From contig DYKQ01000004.1 of NCBI GenBank assembly GCA_020722545.1, forward strand, positions 833 through 64,832: 64,000 nt of DNA, read 5' to 3'. The stretch comes from Thiomonas intermedia. GTDB taxonomy: Bacteria > Pseudomonadota > Gammaproteobacteria > Burkholderiales > Burkholderiaceae_C. Under the pieces are notes generated by a model, which worked only from the letters and a program-made list of their open reading frames with translations, was not told the DNA's origin and ran no database searches. This document shows, piece by piece, positions 62,187 to 64,000 of this stretch. The translations under genes and the position numbers were made by a program. Position 1 is the first letter of the stretch, and each line of letters opens with the position of its first letter.

Positions 62187-64000
<1,814 letters not shown>

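Overview
GC-rich chromosomal segment of a Burkholderiales betaproteobacterium; the gene order looks Thiomonas/Comamonadaceae-like, which is an inference. Most of it is core genome: tsaD (partial), hsp20, rpsO-pnp, tpiA-secG-tRNA-Leu(GAG), a complete nuoA-N operon, lolE, alpha-2-macroglobulin plus pbpC, deaD, a uricase-independent urate/allantoin catabolic cluster (gntR, puuE, uraD-allC fusion, M20 protein, uraH, puuD), coaX, hslVU, a STAS protein, dksA, a COG0523 GTPase, rlmI, xerC-DUF484-dapF, two lipid A acyltransferases, metK, pip, ppnP and argG (partial). I saw no prophage, IS transposase or CRISPR array. Four observations stand out. (1) An M20-family protein coupled to the allantoate amidohydrolase has lost three of the five canonical metal ligands and sits where the pathway lacks its next enzyme. 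(2) A 165-bp, apparently nested palindromic element flanked by a 16-bp direct repeat is inserted in frame just upstream of the macroglobulin thioester motif. (3) A variant SAM-II-like riboswitch precedes metK. (4) Three decayed genes at 35.6-41.3 kb are missed or truncated by the ORF track. All family assignments come from motif recognition by eye; no database search was run.
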